Source: Eledone cirrhosa
Taxonomy: Eukaryota
Reading direction: 5' to 3'
DNA: 64,000 nucleotides
Assembly: GCA_964016885.1 (NCBI GenBank)
Contig: OZ024740.1
Location: 314,898,001-314,962,000, forward strand
In this document: positions 39,288 to 54,897 of the stretch, piece by piece
Layout of the letters: each line of letters opens with the position of its first letter
Numbering within the stretch: the first letter of the stretch is position 1
Position numbers and translations under genes: made by a program
Notes under the pieces: model-generated
What the model saw: only the letters and a program-made list of their open reading frames with translations
What the model was told of the DNA's origin: nothing
The model's database searches: none

Positions 39288-39968
39288 GACATACATACAT
39301 AGTCACACACACACACACACACACAGACATACATAGTCACACACACACACACAGACATACATAGTCACACACACACACACAGACATACATTGTCACACAC
39401 ACACACAGACATACATAGTCACACACACACACAGACATACATAGTCACACACACACACACAGACATACATAGTCACACACACAGACATACATAGTGACAC
39501 ACACACACACACAGACATACATAGTCACACACACACACACAGACATACATAGTCACACACACACACACAGACATACATAGTCACACACACACACACAGAC
39601 ATACATAGTCACACACACACACACAGAGATACATAGTCACACACACAGACATACATAGTGACACACACACACACACAGACATACATAGTCACACACACAC
39701 ACACAGACATACATAGTCACACACACACACACAGACATACATAGTCACACACAGACACACAGACATACATAGTCACACACACACACACAGACATACATAG
39801 TCACACACACAGACATACATAGTCACACACACACACAGACATACATAGTCACACACACACACACAGACATACATAGTCACACACACAGACATACATAGTC
39901 ACACACACACACAGACATACATAGTCACACACACAGACATACATAGTCACACACACAGACATACACAG

Positions 39969-40009
<41 letters not shown>

Positions 40010-40726
40010 GACATACATACATAGTCACACACACACACACACACACAGACATACATAGTCACACACACACACACAGACATACATAGTCACACACACACAC
40101 ACAGACATACATTGTCACACACACACACAGACATACATAGTCACACACACACACAGACATACATAGTCACACACACACACACAGACATACATAGTCACAC
40201 ACACAGACATACATAGTGACACACACACACACACAGACATACATAGTCACACACACACACACAGACATACATAGTCACACACACACACACAGACATACAT
40301 AGTCACACACACACACACAGACATACATAGTCACACACACACACACAGAGATACATAGTCACACACACAGACATACATAGTGACACACACACACACACAG
40401 ACATACATAGTCACACACACACACACAGACATACATAGTCACACACACACACACAGACATACATAGTCACACACAGACACACAGACATACATAGTCACAC
40501 ACACACACACAGACATACATAGTCACACACACAGACATACATAGTCACACACACACACAGACATACATAGTCACACACACACACACAGACATACATAGTC
40601 ACACACACAGACATACATAGTCACACACACACACAGACATACATAGTCACACACACACACAGACATACATAGTCACACACACACACACACAGACATACAT
40701 AGTCACACACACAGACATACACAGTG

Positions 40727-40759
<33 letters not shown>

Positions 40760-42086
40760 TACATAGTCACACACACACAGACATACATAGTCACACACAC
40801 ACACACAGACATACATAGTCACACACACACACACAGACATACATAGTCACACACACACACACAGACATACATAGTCACACACACACACACAGACATACAT
40901 AGTCACACACACACACACACAGACATACATAGTCACACACACACACACACAGACATACATAGTCACACACACACAGACATACATAGTCACACACACACAC
41001 AGCCATACATAGTCACACACACACACACAGACATGCATAGTCACACACACACAGACATACATAGTCACACACACACACACACAGACATACATAGTCACAC
41101 ACACACACACACAGACATACATAGTCACACACACACACACAGACATACATAGTCACACACACACACACAGACATAGTCACACACAGACATAGTCACACAC
41201 ACAGACATACATAGTCACACACACACACACACACACACAGACACACATAGTCACACACACAGACATACATAGTGACACACACACACACACAGACATACAT
41301 AGTCACACACACACACACAGACATACATAGTCACACATACACACAGACATACATAGTCACACACACACACACAGACATACATAGTCACACACACACAGAG
41401 ATACATAGTCACACACACAGACATACATAGTGACACACACACACACACAGACATACATAGTCACACACACACACATACAGACATACATAGTCACACACAC
41501 ACACATACATAGTCACACACACACACAGACATACATAGTCACACACACATACATACATAGTCACACACACACACAGACATACATAGTCACACACACACAC
41601 ATACATAGTCACACACACACATACATACAAAGTCACACACACAGACATACATAGTCACACACACACACACACACATACATAGTCACACACACACACAGAC
41701 ATACATAGTCACACACACATACATACATAGTCACACACACACACATACATACATAGTCACACACACACACATACATAGTCACACACACACATACATACAA
41801 AGTCACACACACAGACATACATAGTCACACACACACACACACACAGACATACATAGTCACATACACAGACATACATAGTCACACACACAGACATACATAG
41901 TCACACACACACACACAGACAGACATACATAGTCACACACACACACAGACATACATAGTCACACACACACACACACAGACATACATAGTCACATACACAG
42001 ACATACATACATAGTCACACACACACACACAGACATACATAGTCACACACACAGACATACATAGTCACACACACAGACATACACAG

Positions 42087-42119
<33 letters not shown>

Positions 42120-42602
42120 GACATACATACATAGTCACACACACACACACACACACACACAGACATACATAGTCACACACACACACACACAGACATACAT
42201 AGTCACACACACACACACAGACATACATTGTCACACACACACAGACATACATAGTCACACACACAGACATACATAGTCACACACACACACAGACATACAT
42301 AGTCACACACACACATACAGACATACATAGTCACACACACAGACATACATAGTGACACACACACACACACAGACATACATAGTCACACACACACACAGAC
42401 ATACATAGTCACACACACACACACAGACATACATAGTCACACACACACACACACAGATACATAGTCACACACACAGGCATACATAGTGACACACACACAC
42501 ACACAGACATACATAGTCACACACACACACACAGACATACATAGTCACACACACACACACACAGACATACATAGTCACACACAGACACACAGACATACAT
42601 AG

Positions 42603-42641
<39 letters not shown>

Positions 42642-43645
42642 TACATAGTCACACACACACACACAGACATATTTAGTCACACACACACACACAGACATAC
42701 ATGGTCACACACACACACAGACATACATAGTCACACACACACACACAGACATACATAGTCACACACACACACACAGACATACATAGTCACACACACACAC
42801 AGACATACATAGTCACACACACACAGACATACATAGTCACACACACAGACATACATAGTCACACACACACACAGACATACATAGTCACACACACACACAG
42901 ACATACATAGTCACACACACACACACAGACATACATAGTCACACACACAGACATACATAGTGGCACACACGCACACACACACAGACATACATAGTCACAC
43001 ACACACACACAGACATACACAGTCACACACACACACAGACATACATAGTCACACACACACACACAGACATACATAGTCACACACACACACACAGACATAC
43101 ATAGTCACACACACACACACAGACATACATAGTCACACACACACACACACACACAGACATACATAGTCACACACACACACACACAGACATACATAGTCAC
43201 ACACACACACAGACATACATAGTCACACACACACACACACAGACATACATAGTCACACACACACGCACACAGCCATACATAGTCACACACACACACACAC
43301 AGACATACATAGTCACACACACACAGACATACATAGTCACACACACACACACACAGACATACCTAGTCACACACACACACACAGACATACATAGTCACAC
43401 ACACACACACAGACATACATAGTCACACACACACACAGACATACATAGTCACACACACACACACACAGACATACATAGTCACATACCCAGACATACATAC
43501 ATAGTCACACACACACACACAGACATAGTCACACACACACACATACATAGTCACACACACAGACATACATAGTCACACACACACACACACAGACACACAT
43601 TGTCACACATACACACACACACACAGACACACATAGTCACACACA
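36505..43645. repeat. Compound satellite GACATACATAGT-(CA)n, about 7.1 kb
   Basis: A near-constant 12-bp core alternates with CA runs of variable length over hundreds of units. Confidence 0.97.
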
Positions 43646-43801
43646 TCAATCTATTATTAACTTCTGAAGATATTTGTACTTGGAGTTAAATTGCCTCGAG
43701 AGAGATTCAATATTTTAGGGCATCCGCCCATATTAGAAACACACACACACAGATACCCACACATACACAACACACCCACACACATACATACACACACACA
43801 C

Positions 43802-43832
<31 letters not shown>

Positions 43833-43834
43833 CG

Positions 43835-43866
<32 letters not shown>

Positions 43867-45079
43867 CACTCACAAACATATATATACAGACACATACATA
43901 CTCTTACAGGGACACATACAGATACACACACACACACATACACACACACACATAGACACACATAGGCACACACACACAGAGAAACACACCTACACACACA
44001 GGAACGCACACACACATGCATACATACACAAACAGACAGACAGACAGACACACACACATATGCACACACACGCATACACATACAAATACACATATACACA
44101 AACACATACACACAAACTCAAAATCACATACGCACACAGACATTAATACACACACAAACACACACAAACACACACACACATAGATTTCTAAATATAATGG
44201 ACACTAGTTATTAGTAACAGAGTTCACATTTGAAAATATCTCAGATTCTCAGAATCTTCAGATTCTCATATTCTGGTAAGTTGTCAGACTCCCTAATTGA
44301 ATCGTTACTGTCATTGGGCATGACACAGACTGAGGTGAGTAAAGTCATGCATGGTTTGTATTTGATTACTATGTCAGGTTACTTTCCGAATATCTTGTCG
44401 GCATGAATCTCTATACTCTAGAGAATCGTCATTTCATGGTTTATCCCATACTATTTCTATGTTACTTATTATTTAAGGTGGAGATCTTGTGTAGTACTAA
44501 CAAATTTATCAGTGTAAATAACCTACTCTCGGGTCTCGAATATTCCCCCCCACCGCCGAAATTACCCCCTTTCCCTCACTCTTAGCCTCACCCCTGTTCT
44601 TACCCCCCCTCCCCGCTTATTAAATGTTGCTAGTCTATCTCCGGCGAAATTTTATTTTAAGTGTTAACATTCCTGCGACAATTAATTTTCTTTATACCTT
44701 AAAAACGACATTATACATGACAAAAAACAAGTACATTACTAGAAATCCCACTCATTATAAAATAAATAGAATGGGTTGGGGGTCTCAATATGTAAACTAA
44801 ACGACTAATTCTGGTTTTTATAAAAATCAACGGAGATAACCTATAAAAATTACCGATTTTCCACGCCCACGCCTTTTTGAAGACAGTAAAAGACATGATT
44901 TGAGAGAAATTTGGTTGGTAGTTCTAGCAAATGTTGTGATTACATCTAGGCTCGTCTATGGACTTGTTTAGAAACTTGTTTTTATTGATGTTGTTTAACC
45001 CTCTACTAGCGCTGATTCAAAGCCTATGATTGAAGGTGTACAAGCCGTGAATATTTATTTTTCTTCTTTTCAAATGAAG

Positions 45080-45660
45080 TTTATTTCAACAAAGCTTTAA
45101 AAAAAACATTCTATTCCAGTAACCGTGCCCTTCATACGAATTAAATAAAATCCCACAAAATTCAATAAATTGCTCCAAAACTGTAAATTGAGCAGCGTCT
45201 CTCAAATATGTGTTCTCATTAAATACAATTGAAAAAAAAAAGTTAGACTTCGCTGCAAGTATCCCTTGAACAGTTTTCAACACCAGCCGACATCTTCAAT
45301 TCGTCGTACCATTATATTTTTCAGACAAACTGATAAACACTCTACATGTACGAAGCGTTAATTTTTTTTTTTTCAATACGATTTTAGACTTCGTAGTTGG
45401 TAGGAAATTTATTGTTTTATTTTCACTATTTTTCCTGGACAAAATAAGAAAAATGATGTTAATCTTCTAAAATTAGTCTTCAATCGTTCAGCTTCATTTT
45501 TCCTTGCCTATAAAGTAAACCTGTTAAAAATATCACTATGGTGGGTTTCGTAATGTCGCCCGATATTTGTCACCGTCTTTACAGCAACATTTTTTAGGCA
45601 AATGAGACAAAATGGTTTCCCATTGTAGTCATTGAAAAGTAATCTAGTGTCCAAATATAT
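45080..45660 (-). mobile_element. Decayed hAT transposase (SPIN/GTF2IRD2-like)
   Basis: Minus strand gives GKPFCLICL..VAVKTVTNIGRHYETHH (zinc-finger region), MVRRIED and FSIVFNENTYLRDAAQF (cf. FSLALDESTDIRDTAQL). Confidence 0.7.
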
Positions 45661-45799
45661 TGAAAATTTCGGTACTCAGTCTCTATTTTCCTGCGTTTTG
45701 TATTGGTTGTCACACGCACACACACACATATATATATGTATTGTTCACTGGATCATCAAGCAAGAATCTCTCTCACTCTTTATATATATATATATATAA

Positions 45800-45830
<31 letters not shown>

Positions 45831-46090
45831 AATATATATATATGTATGTGTATAAATATATATGTATGTATATATATATATATATGTATGTATGTAGGTA
45901 TATGTATATATATGCACACACATACTCACATATATATACATGTGTTAAGTATATATCTGTGTATATGTATGGACCCGATGTGTGTTAGCCTGAGTCTGCT
46001 TTGTGTGTGAATATCTGTGTGTTTTTGTAAGTGTACATGTAAAAATGTTAGTGTGCGTACATGAACGCTTGTGTGCACAGTAGTATGAGT

Positions 46091-46134
<44 letters not shown>

Positions 46135-46561
46135 GCGGGTGAATACTTGTGTTAGTGTGAGTGTGTGTGTTATATTTAGAAGTAAAACGACACGGAAATA
46201 TTTAAACATTTATTGAAATAAAAACCCTGTAATTATATGGACTTCAAAAGAAACACCTTATCTACACATTTTTGGCTATTTTATGCACAATTTGAACTTC
46301 ATTTTAAAACAGTACTTTCCTTACCTTACAAACAAACCAATATCACCAGAGATTGTGTTTTTACTTTTAACACTTTCAATGCTAAGTAAGGCTAAAGCCA
46401 TAAGTCTTTCGTGACTCATTGGAGCTCTGAAAATATATATGTATGAACTTGTAATGAGATACGACGTTTATTGGACATTTAAATCCTGGCGGAGCCCACC
46501 CATCTTCAAGTCTGAACACAGATTTCTTCTAGAGAATGTGTGTATGTGTGTGTGTGTGTGT

Positions 46562-46596
<35 letters not shown>

Positions 46597-46859
46597 TAAG
46601 AGAGAGAGAGAGATCTTAATACAGGACTGGCATCATTCTATCGTCATCGAAAGGATGAAAGATCAAGTTGACCTCGATAGGTTTTGAACTCAGAGCAAAG
46701 CATTCTATCCGACTTTTCAACGACTCTGCCAATTCACCGCCAATCTTTCAAATATACTAAGATCAATTTTAACTTGTTGAAAGTTCGCTCACAGCTGTCA
46801 ATGGACATTGTAATAGTAAGTTCAATTGAATAGCTGCTCAAAATTTTTTGTTAAAAAAT

Positions 46860-46990
46860 AAAGCGGTTTTATCTCCATACTGGGCAATACATTTAATTGT
46901 TTCGCAGTTTTAGAAATATGAACGTTTGGATGACTTTCCAGAGGTATTTTACAATCCAAGAGTAAGAGTTCTTCTTCATTAAACTCAAAC

Positions 46991-47028
<38 letters not shown>

Positions 47029-48000
47029 TTGAATTCCGCTAAATTCAACTCTCCTTTTAATCTTTTTGGGATTGTTAAATGAAATACCAGTCCAGGAGCG
47101 GTGGATTATATGAATGGTGAAGAGTCCGACAGAATGCTTTGCAATATCTGACTCGGCTCTGTGTGTTCTGAGTTCAAATCCCACCTCATTCATTTGTGAC
47201 CGGCAGATAACACCAGCTTGAAATAGGAATGATGATTTATTGCAGTAAATGTAGTAATTAGAAAAAAGTTTTAATAAATTTAAGACTTCATCATGGCTTC
47301 ACTTTCCCAAGGGGATTGGATAATACACAACATCGACGAAAATTATGCAAGGTTCTTACAACGCTTCCTTAAAATATCAACTTTATAAATACTGTTGTTT
47401 TCAGGTGAGTCGAACAATAATTTTCTACCATTCTAAGAGAAATCCAAATTTCCAATCAAAGTCATGAGCATTGTAAAATATTTCTTCCGCTCCATTGTGG
47501 AGAAGATAAATAGCTTCACTACTTTCATTTATTCTTTCATAGAACCTTACATCCTTGATCCTACCCAGGCATTTATGTCTTCGTTCTGGGGCGTTTTTCT
47601 ATTTGAAAATCGTATAGTTTTAATCCAGTTTTAAGTAATTCAAAGGTCAATAGGTTTCAACTGCTTAAAAAATAATTTTTAAAGGCCTTTAAATGACAAA
47701 ACAGCATCGTGAAATTTCATAGTATGATCTTGGAATCGTTTATACATACAATCAAACCGAATAAGAATTTCATTCAAAAATTCGAGCAAAACCAAGAGAT
47801 TAAATGTAAAATATAGAATCTAGCCTCTTCCTTGCCCCGGCTCTTGTATTAGCACTTGCATTTTGATAATCAACTATGCGTTACAAACGTTTCACTATAA
47901 TATCAATGTATTCATGAACTGGATTCACAATTTCTGTTTTAGAATTCCATAGAGTTTCAGATTCAAATCTGATAATTATTGGGATGCCATATTTTAGCTT
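46860..48000 (-). mobile_element. Possible highly decayed MULE-like transposase, interrupted by a SINE A
   Basis: Only weak minus-strand fragments (LFIFST, FSNYYI, HPNV) in MULE-like order. Confidence 0.22.
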
Positions 48001-49032
48001 TTGTCTATGGAGAGTTGAACAGAAAAAGAATGAATAAGCGACTAAATATCACTGGAAAATGTTATCAATATATCATGCACGTACGCACTTCAACAAAATT
48101 GAGAGATTGGTTATCGCAGTTTACAAAAATAGCTTTGCAATTTTGTTTTCATTAATCCACTGTTGACCGCCAGTTTTATAACCAGTCATAAATGCAGTAT
48201 TGTCATAGCTGTCATTGAATTGACAGACTTTTAATAGAAATTTTCTATTACAAGTTGTTCCAAAATTACTTCCACCCCGTTTTCAACATTCTTTCGTTTC
48301 AGTTGGATAAGCCAAAAACTACTCTTATATAACAAAAAATATTTTCTCCTTAACAATTAATATCAACGTAGCAAACTATCATATCTAACAGTTGATCTGA
48401 AGTAGAATCAAACATGAGGCCAAAGCACTTATGAACCTTATGCTGGTGTTTAGCCCAGGTCAGCGCTGATCGAACAGAAGTATAACCCGAGGCATTCCAG
48501 CCGTCTTTTTACTATATGCAAGGGATCTAGGATCACACTATTCAACATATCTTTTTTAAATACAGTAGTGTGTGATTGGAGAGAGATTTGGCTGTTATTA
48601 CTAGTAGCAATTTCTGGCAAATAATATAAACCATTAGTTGAACATATTATTTCTACCTTAACAGAGACAAATATATTTTTCCCGGGTTCTTTTATACATT
48701 ACTGAGATTTTTTCATAACAGGATCAAAGTTTTATTAGTTTCGGATTATTAACAATTTACCACTGTTATAATAAAGTAAGAGTAAAAATGAACATTTTTC
48801 ATATCTTACCCACACAGAAAAAAAAATGAAATAATCAGTTCCACAGCAATTTAAACTTCATAGGCCCAAGAAAATTTCTGCTGTATCGAAACACGTGTTA
48901 GAAGTATTAATAATCATTAACAAATGATCTACTGAATATTGTCGGACGTAAGAATGTCAGGGTTGTGCAAAATTTAGGATTTCAAAGATAAAACACAGTA
49001 CTATCATTTGAAGATGGATGAAACTGATATAG

Positions 49033-49875
49033 GTGGACAGAAAAAAGAATACATGGACAATCCATAGAGATGTTGAGGATAGGACAGACAGAGAAAAAAA
49101 GTTGTTATGGATGGCTAAATGTGATTTAAAACTGGAAACAGAAGCCTTAATCTGTGCTGCTCAAGAACAAGCACTAAGAACTGATTACATCAAACACAGA
49201 GTAGACCACACACCAGAAAATGATAAATACAGATATTGTGGTGTGAATGGAGAAACTGTATGAAATATTACCAGTCAATGTACACCACTAGCTCAGAAAG
49301 AATATAAGAGACGTCACGACAACATAGCAGGGATAGTCCATTGGGCACTTTGCTGTAAGAGCAGAAAAGTGGTATGAACATAAACCCGAAGGTGTTATCG
49401 AAAATGATAATGCAAAGATCCTGTTGGACATTTTGATACATTGTGACCATGAGATGGAGCATAGGACACCAGATATTGTGATAACTGGAAAGGAAAGTAA
49501 ACAGTGTTAGATCATAGATTAGCATGTCCAGCTGATAATAGGGTATTCGATAAAGAAGGAAAATTGTCAATAGACATGACAGGTTAGCATGGGAGGTTAA
49601 GCAGTAGTGGTCAATGAAAAAGCTGGTAGAAATATCAATAATAGCTGGAGCCTCAGGAACATAAGTAAAAATCCTAAGAGGTACATTGCACAAATAGGGG
49701 TTACAATATAGGTGGAGCATATGCAGAAAACAGCGCTGCCTAGAACCACTCGAATACTCCGTAGGGTGCTTGAAAAATAAGGGGTGTCACCTTCGTTCAC
49801 TAGCAGTGAACAGCTGACACTGTAATACATCTCCAGCGTTAGAGGTTGAGCAAAGAAAACTTAATAGTAATAATA
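49033..49875 (+). mobile_element. R4/Dong-clade LINE 3' part (zinc knuckle plus restriction-like endonuclease)
   Basis: LKLETEALICAAQEQALRT, ETV..ITSQC..LAQKEYKRRHD, KWYEHKPEGVIEND..KIL and RTPDIV motifs with stops and frameshifts; ends in TAA-rich repeats. Confidence 0.85.
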
Positions 49876-49879
49876 TATT

Positions 49880-50420
49880 TTTCTAACATTTGCACAAGGC
49901 CAGTAATTTTGGCGTTGGGAAGGGGAAGCAGATTAAATCAACCCTAGTAGTTGAATGATATTTATTTTATCGATTTAGGAAGGCCGAAAGGCAAAGATGA
50001 CCTTGGTGTAATTTGAACTCCGAAGATAAAGAGCCATAAGTAAATACTACGAACCATTTTATCCGACGCTCAAACTGTATAAGGCCAGCAATTTCGGCGG
50101 ACAGAATAGAGAAAGCGTTTCCTCGGAAGACGGTAAAGGAGACGCGTTGGAAGAGCCTTTTTAGCTCGCGAGGCTCACACCTGTGGGTAGCCAACTCTGT
50201 CCCGATGGTGGTGAGAAAGGAAGTGGTCCTAGGGCCAAAGACACCAAAAAGTCGATTAAATCGACCCAGTACGTTACTGGTACTTTATTTTATCAACCCC
50301 GTAAGGATGAAAGGCAAAGCTACCCACCAGAAGGATTTGAACTTAGAACGTAAAGTGATGTAACTCTATGTCATGAAGCATGGTGTCCGACGCTCTACCG
50401 ATACTGCCAATCCACCGCCC
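49880..50420 (-). mobile_element. Two SINE A copies, the second containing a CRE fragment (50096-50247)
   Basis: SINE tail AAGGCCAGCAATTT, then CRE sequence, then AGTCGATTAAATCGACCC resumes the SINE. Confidence 0.75.
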
Positions 50421-51034
50421 TTGATGATTATAATGATAACAAAAAAGAAAATAATAACAACAGCAACAACAACCAGAAATATTTTAGGTGTATGGAATGT
50501 ATCTGAAGACAGTACAGAGCCAAGAGTAAACGAGGGAAGAGGAAGTGTGGAGAAGAAAGAGTAGGATATAATGAGATGGTGGTGGTGGTGGGGGTGTAAG
50601 AGCGTATGGTTAAAAGACTCCATCGATATGACTACAATGTAGTAGAAACAACAGAACATTAAAGTGTGAGAAAGTGTGTTTTTATTTTTATCCTATTTGA
50701 TAATGGTTTCTGATTTAAGCACAAGGCCGGCAAATTTTTTTTGAGGACGGAAACATCGATTTAATCGACCCCAGTGCGTTAGTGGTGCTTTATTTTATCG
50801 ATACCGTAAGGATGAAAGGCAAAGTTAACCTCGGCGGCATTTGAACTCAGACCCGCCGAGGTTAGCGTTATATAATTTAGGTATATAGGCTGCACAGTCC
50901 ATCTTTTATCTTTTTATTAACTAAAGCCTCTATTCGTATTTTATCTATTTTCATATTACTACCATTGTAATGTCTTTACTTGTTTATCGTTCATTAAATA
51001 GTTAATTTGGTGTGGTAAATAAATATATACATAT

Positions 51035-51348
51035 TTACCAGGTACGAACACAATGGGACCAAACTCCCACTGCCACTGCCTCCGTCTCTTCCGCTCTCCC
51101 CATCGCTCACTATTGTGACCAAATAGGGGCCCACGCGTTGGTCGCCCAGCAGCCCTGACGGACAGAATAGAGAAAGAGTTTCCGAGGAGGGGGGTAAGGG
51201 AGATGCGTTGGAAGAGCCTTTTCAGCTCGCGAGACTCACACCTGTGGGTAGTCAACACTGTGCCGATGGTGGTGAAAAGGAGGTTGTCTTAGGGCCAGGG
51301 ACACCAGAAGTCTCCACTGCTACGGGCTCGACTGCAAACCTGTCGGAT
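51035..51348 (-). mobile_element. CRE-clade retrotransposon 3' fragment
   Basis: PVAVETSGVPGP...LFQRISL...GNSFSIL plus a 3' UTR shared with 7570-7680. Confidence 0.75.
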
Positions 51349-51610
51349 AAAATTGCTTGTTTACATAATTATTATCAATCAATTTATATAATATTCATTA
51401 ATACCAACGAATAGAAAGGATTATTATGTATCTAGTTTTCTATCATCTGACTATAAGATTTCTTAAATAAAATCCTGTAACTAGAAATTAATGTTTCTAG
51501 AATATGTTAGAAATAGAAAATATTTAACGTTGCTGGCAATAAATCATAAACAAATCTATAATCTATAATGTGGAAAGTGTATATATATATATATATATAT
51601 ATACACTTTC

Positions 51611-51659
<49 letters not shown>

Positions 51660-51837
51660 CTAATAATAATTGTTGTAGTTTGCTTGAAGCATTGTATATA
51701 ATATATAATGTGGAAAGTGTTATATGTAAGAAGGCTAAACACAATGCAAAATGGACGGTAAGATGAAGGAAACGAAAAAGTTAGTTACCTTGTAATCTTT
51801 GCTTTCTATTTTATTTTTTTCTGTTATTGTTTCTTTT

Positions 51838-51878
51838 GTCCTAATATTTCGGGACTTAAAATCCCTTCTTCGGAGTAC
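51838..51878 (-). ncRNA. Degenerate hammerhead motif in a probable Penelope-like relic
   Basis: Minus strand GTACT-CCGAAGA-A-GGGAT-TTTAA-GTCCC-GAAA-TATT-AGGAC; core U-to-C change and one stem I mismatch. Confidence 0.4.
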
Positions 51879-53823
51879 AAGGAATTCAAATAACAACAAC
51901 ACTACAGATATTTAACAACGGATAAGGAAGGGAAAGGCGACGGTTCTAGTGTCATAATTGTAGTGTTTTTTTTTTGTTTATTGAAAATAGTATATTGGGT
52001 GTGGTAGATTAATAATGGTGTGATAAAGATAACAAAATGAAAAGGAAAAAATCAAAGAATTGGTGGAATGTTGATGCATTTAGAAATAGTGGAATCATAG
52101 TTTGAATAATGAAAAGAATTTCATAAATTAGTGGAACGTATTTATAAAGAATTGATAAAAGGATAAGAAATAGGAAATTAAAATGTAAGGAAATAAAATA
52201 TTGGGGTTCCTGGATTAAATTATAACCAACACAGATTTTAATGAAATATGGAACTTAGTAGGAAACGATGGATGAATAGAAATATTTCTATGGCTATGAA
52301 CTATTGATGAAGGACAAGGGATTGTTTATTACTGGTATAAGTGTATAAAAAGGAGATTGGGATAACGAAGGCACTGTTAACAATCGTAAGAAATTGGGAA
52401 TATCTTGGTGTAGATATAATATGGCCAAAATGCAATATAATCATACCATAAAATAATTAGAATAACAGTAAGGTAAAATAATTGTATAAAAACGACAAGG
52501 ATTACAATGATGTTATGGTGGAGCAATGGTAGAAATATAAGAAAATTACAAGGAAGGAATATGGACATGGAGAAGTTAAAAGCTTGTCACAAGCTCGGGT
52601 CTTCATCAGGTCGGTGCTTATTCCAATTTCGTTGGCGTTAAGCGACTGAAAGAACAAGATTGCCCATTGGACAAGGCACTAGTCCACCGCAGGGTTAATC
52701 ATCATCTGTTGCTAGTATTCATTTTCAGCTGAGTAACGTGGAATAACGTGGAATGAAGTGTTTTGCTCAAGAGTAAAACGTGCCACCCGGTCCAAGAATC
52801 GAACTCACGACATTACGAACGTATGTCCAACACCCTAATCACAAAGCTAAATGTCTCACGGAGAAGTACGTGAAAAAAAAATCAAATAAACAGAAAATGA
52901 GTCAATGAAAGAATGTTTCTAGTGCTGGCTCATTGACCAGATATAACGGAGAATTGGCAGAATCGCTAGAACGTTGGATAGAGTGTTTTGTGATATTCGT
53001 TCCGGCTCTTTGCTCTCTGAGTTCAAAACCCGCCCAGGTCAACTCTGCTTTTCATCTTTTCGAAGTCTATAAAAATGTACCAGTCAAGTATAGAGGCTTA
53101 TTCTTCATCCAGATCTCTTTCTAACTTACCTGCTCTCTAATACTTTCTATCTTTCTCTGGAAGAAATCTGCTGCGTTCAGACCCGGTAAGAGATTGGCTC
53201 CACCAGGTTTAAAAATGCTCCAAGACATACTGTTTGTCAATATGGCGCCCCTACGACTCCACCAAAAGTTACGAGTCCATACCATACTATAGACCAGATA
53301 CCAGTGGTTAAATCTCACTCAAATCACACCATGCTGTATTAAAAGATAAATAACACATTGGATAAAATAGACAGATGCACAAAAATACAAGAAGGCCGTA
53401 AATGTTCTAGATTTGATCATAGCAAACTTGGAGCTAAACAAAACCCACCACTACTGCAACCATCAGTATTAGATTCGCCTATTAACTGAAGAGTATGTAT
53501 GATAATGTTGTTCATAGTCTTGAGAATGATATTACTATCACATTCTGCTATTCTCGAGCCCGTGCACAAAAGAGTCAGAGAGACAGTCAGTCTGATTTGG
53601 TGTGTTACCCGATGACAAGTATAGGGAATTAATGGCGAATATATGACTCATACTATTAATAAATGTTCCGAGATTTTCGGACAACGTCCAACTACTTTCT
53701 AGATGAAAAATGATGTAAAAATTACACAGCTCATTTTTATTTAACCTATAGACCGACATACTGTATGTTACATAAAATGTTTAATACTCCATATCTATCT
53801 ATCTATCTATCTATCTATCTAGG

Positions 53824-53872
<49 letters not shown>

Positions 53873-53929
53873 GTCTGCCTGTCTGTCTCTCTCTCTCTCT
53901 CTCTCCCGCTCTCTCTCCCTATCTCCCCC

Positions 53930-53994
<65 letters not shown>

Positions 53995-54574
53995 GTGCAC
54001 ATGTGTATATTATGATGCTTGAATATCTATAACAGATACCCCCACACACACATACACACACACACACACACATATATATATACATATATGCACACACACA
54101 CATCTGCGAATATAGTATTGCCTTCCGTGTTATTTCTTCCTGGCAGATGATATCTCTTGGCAGAAGACAAAGAAAGATGCCGACCTCATCTAACTGACGG
54201 CGTGTATTTGCTGCAATAACCACCGTCAATTGTACTTAACACCAGAAAACCACATCTGCTCTCCCTATTTAACCACATGTCACGAAAAGTCTCCACAGAC
54301 ACATTTCATGGCCAACGCCCGCTTTCCTTCTTCTACTCTGCTTCCCTCTCAGCCAATGCTCACACATCATTAAGTGTTTCTGTTTATTTTGCCTACACGA
54401 ACCATATTAATGCACTGACAACAACACGAGTAAATAGATTCGCAGGCATATTTCTTGAACATACCTTCCCGTCATCGAGTTATAACGCTAGACTTACTGA
54501 ATACCTCGTACCTACACTTTTGTAACTATGTAATTGTGATGAACGTAATTACGTAAGTCCGTATGTACGCATAC

Positions 54575-54626
<52 letters not shown>

Positions 54627-54642
54627 CTCTCTCTCTCACCCA

Positions 54643-54680
<38 letters not shown>

Positions 54681-54694
54681 ATATATATGCATAA

Positions 54695-54725
<31 letters not shown>

Positions 54726-54769
54726 TGTATGTATGTATGTATGTATGTATGTATGTATGTATGTATGTA

Positions 54770-54803
<34 letters not shown>

Positions 54804-54825
54804 CATACACATACATACATACATG

Positions 54826-54897
<72 letters not shown>

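Noticed and set aside
36505-43645. Repeat-spacer structure and many VC/HT-rich ORFs
   Set aside because: The spacers are only (CA)n runs and the ORFs are translations of simple repeats.
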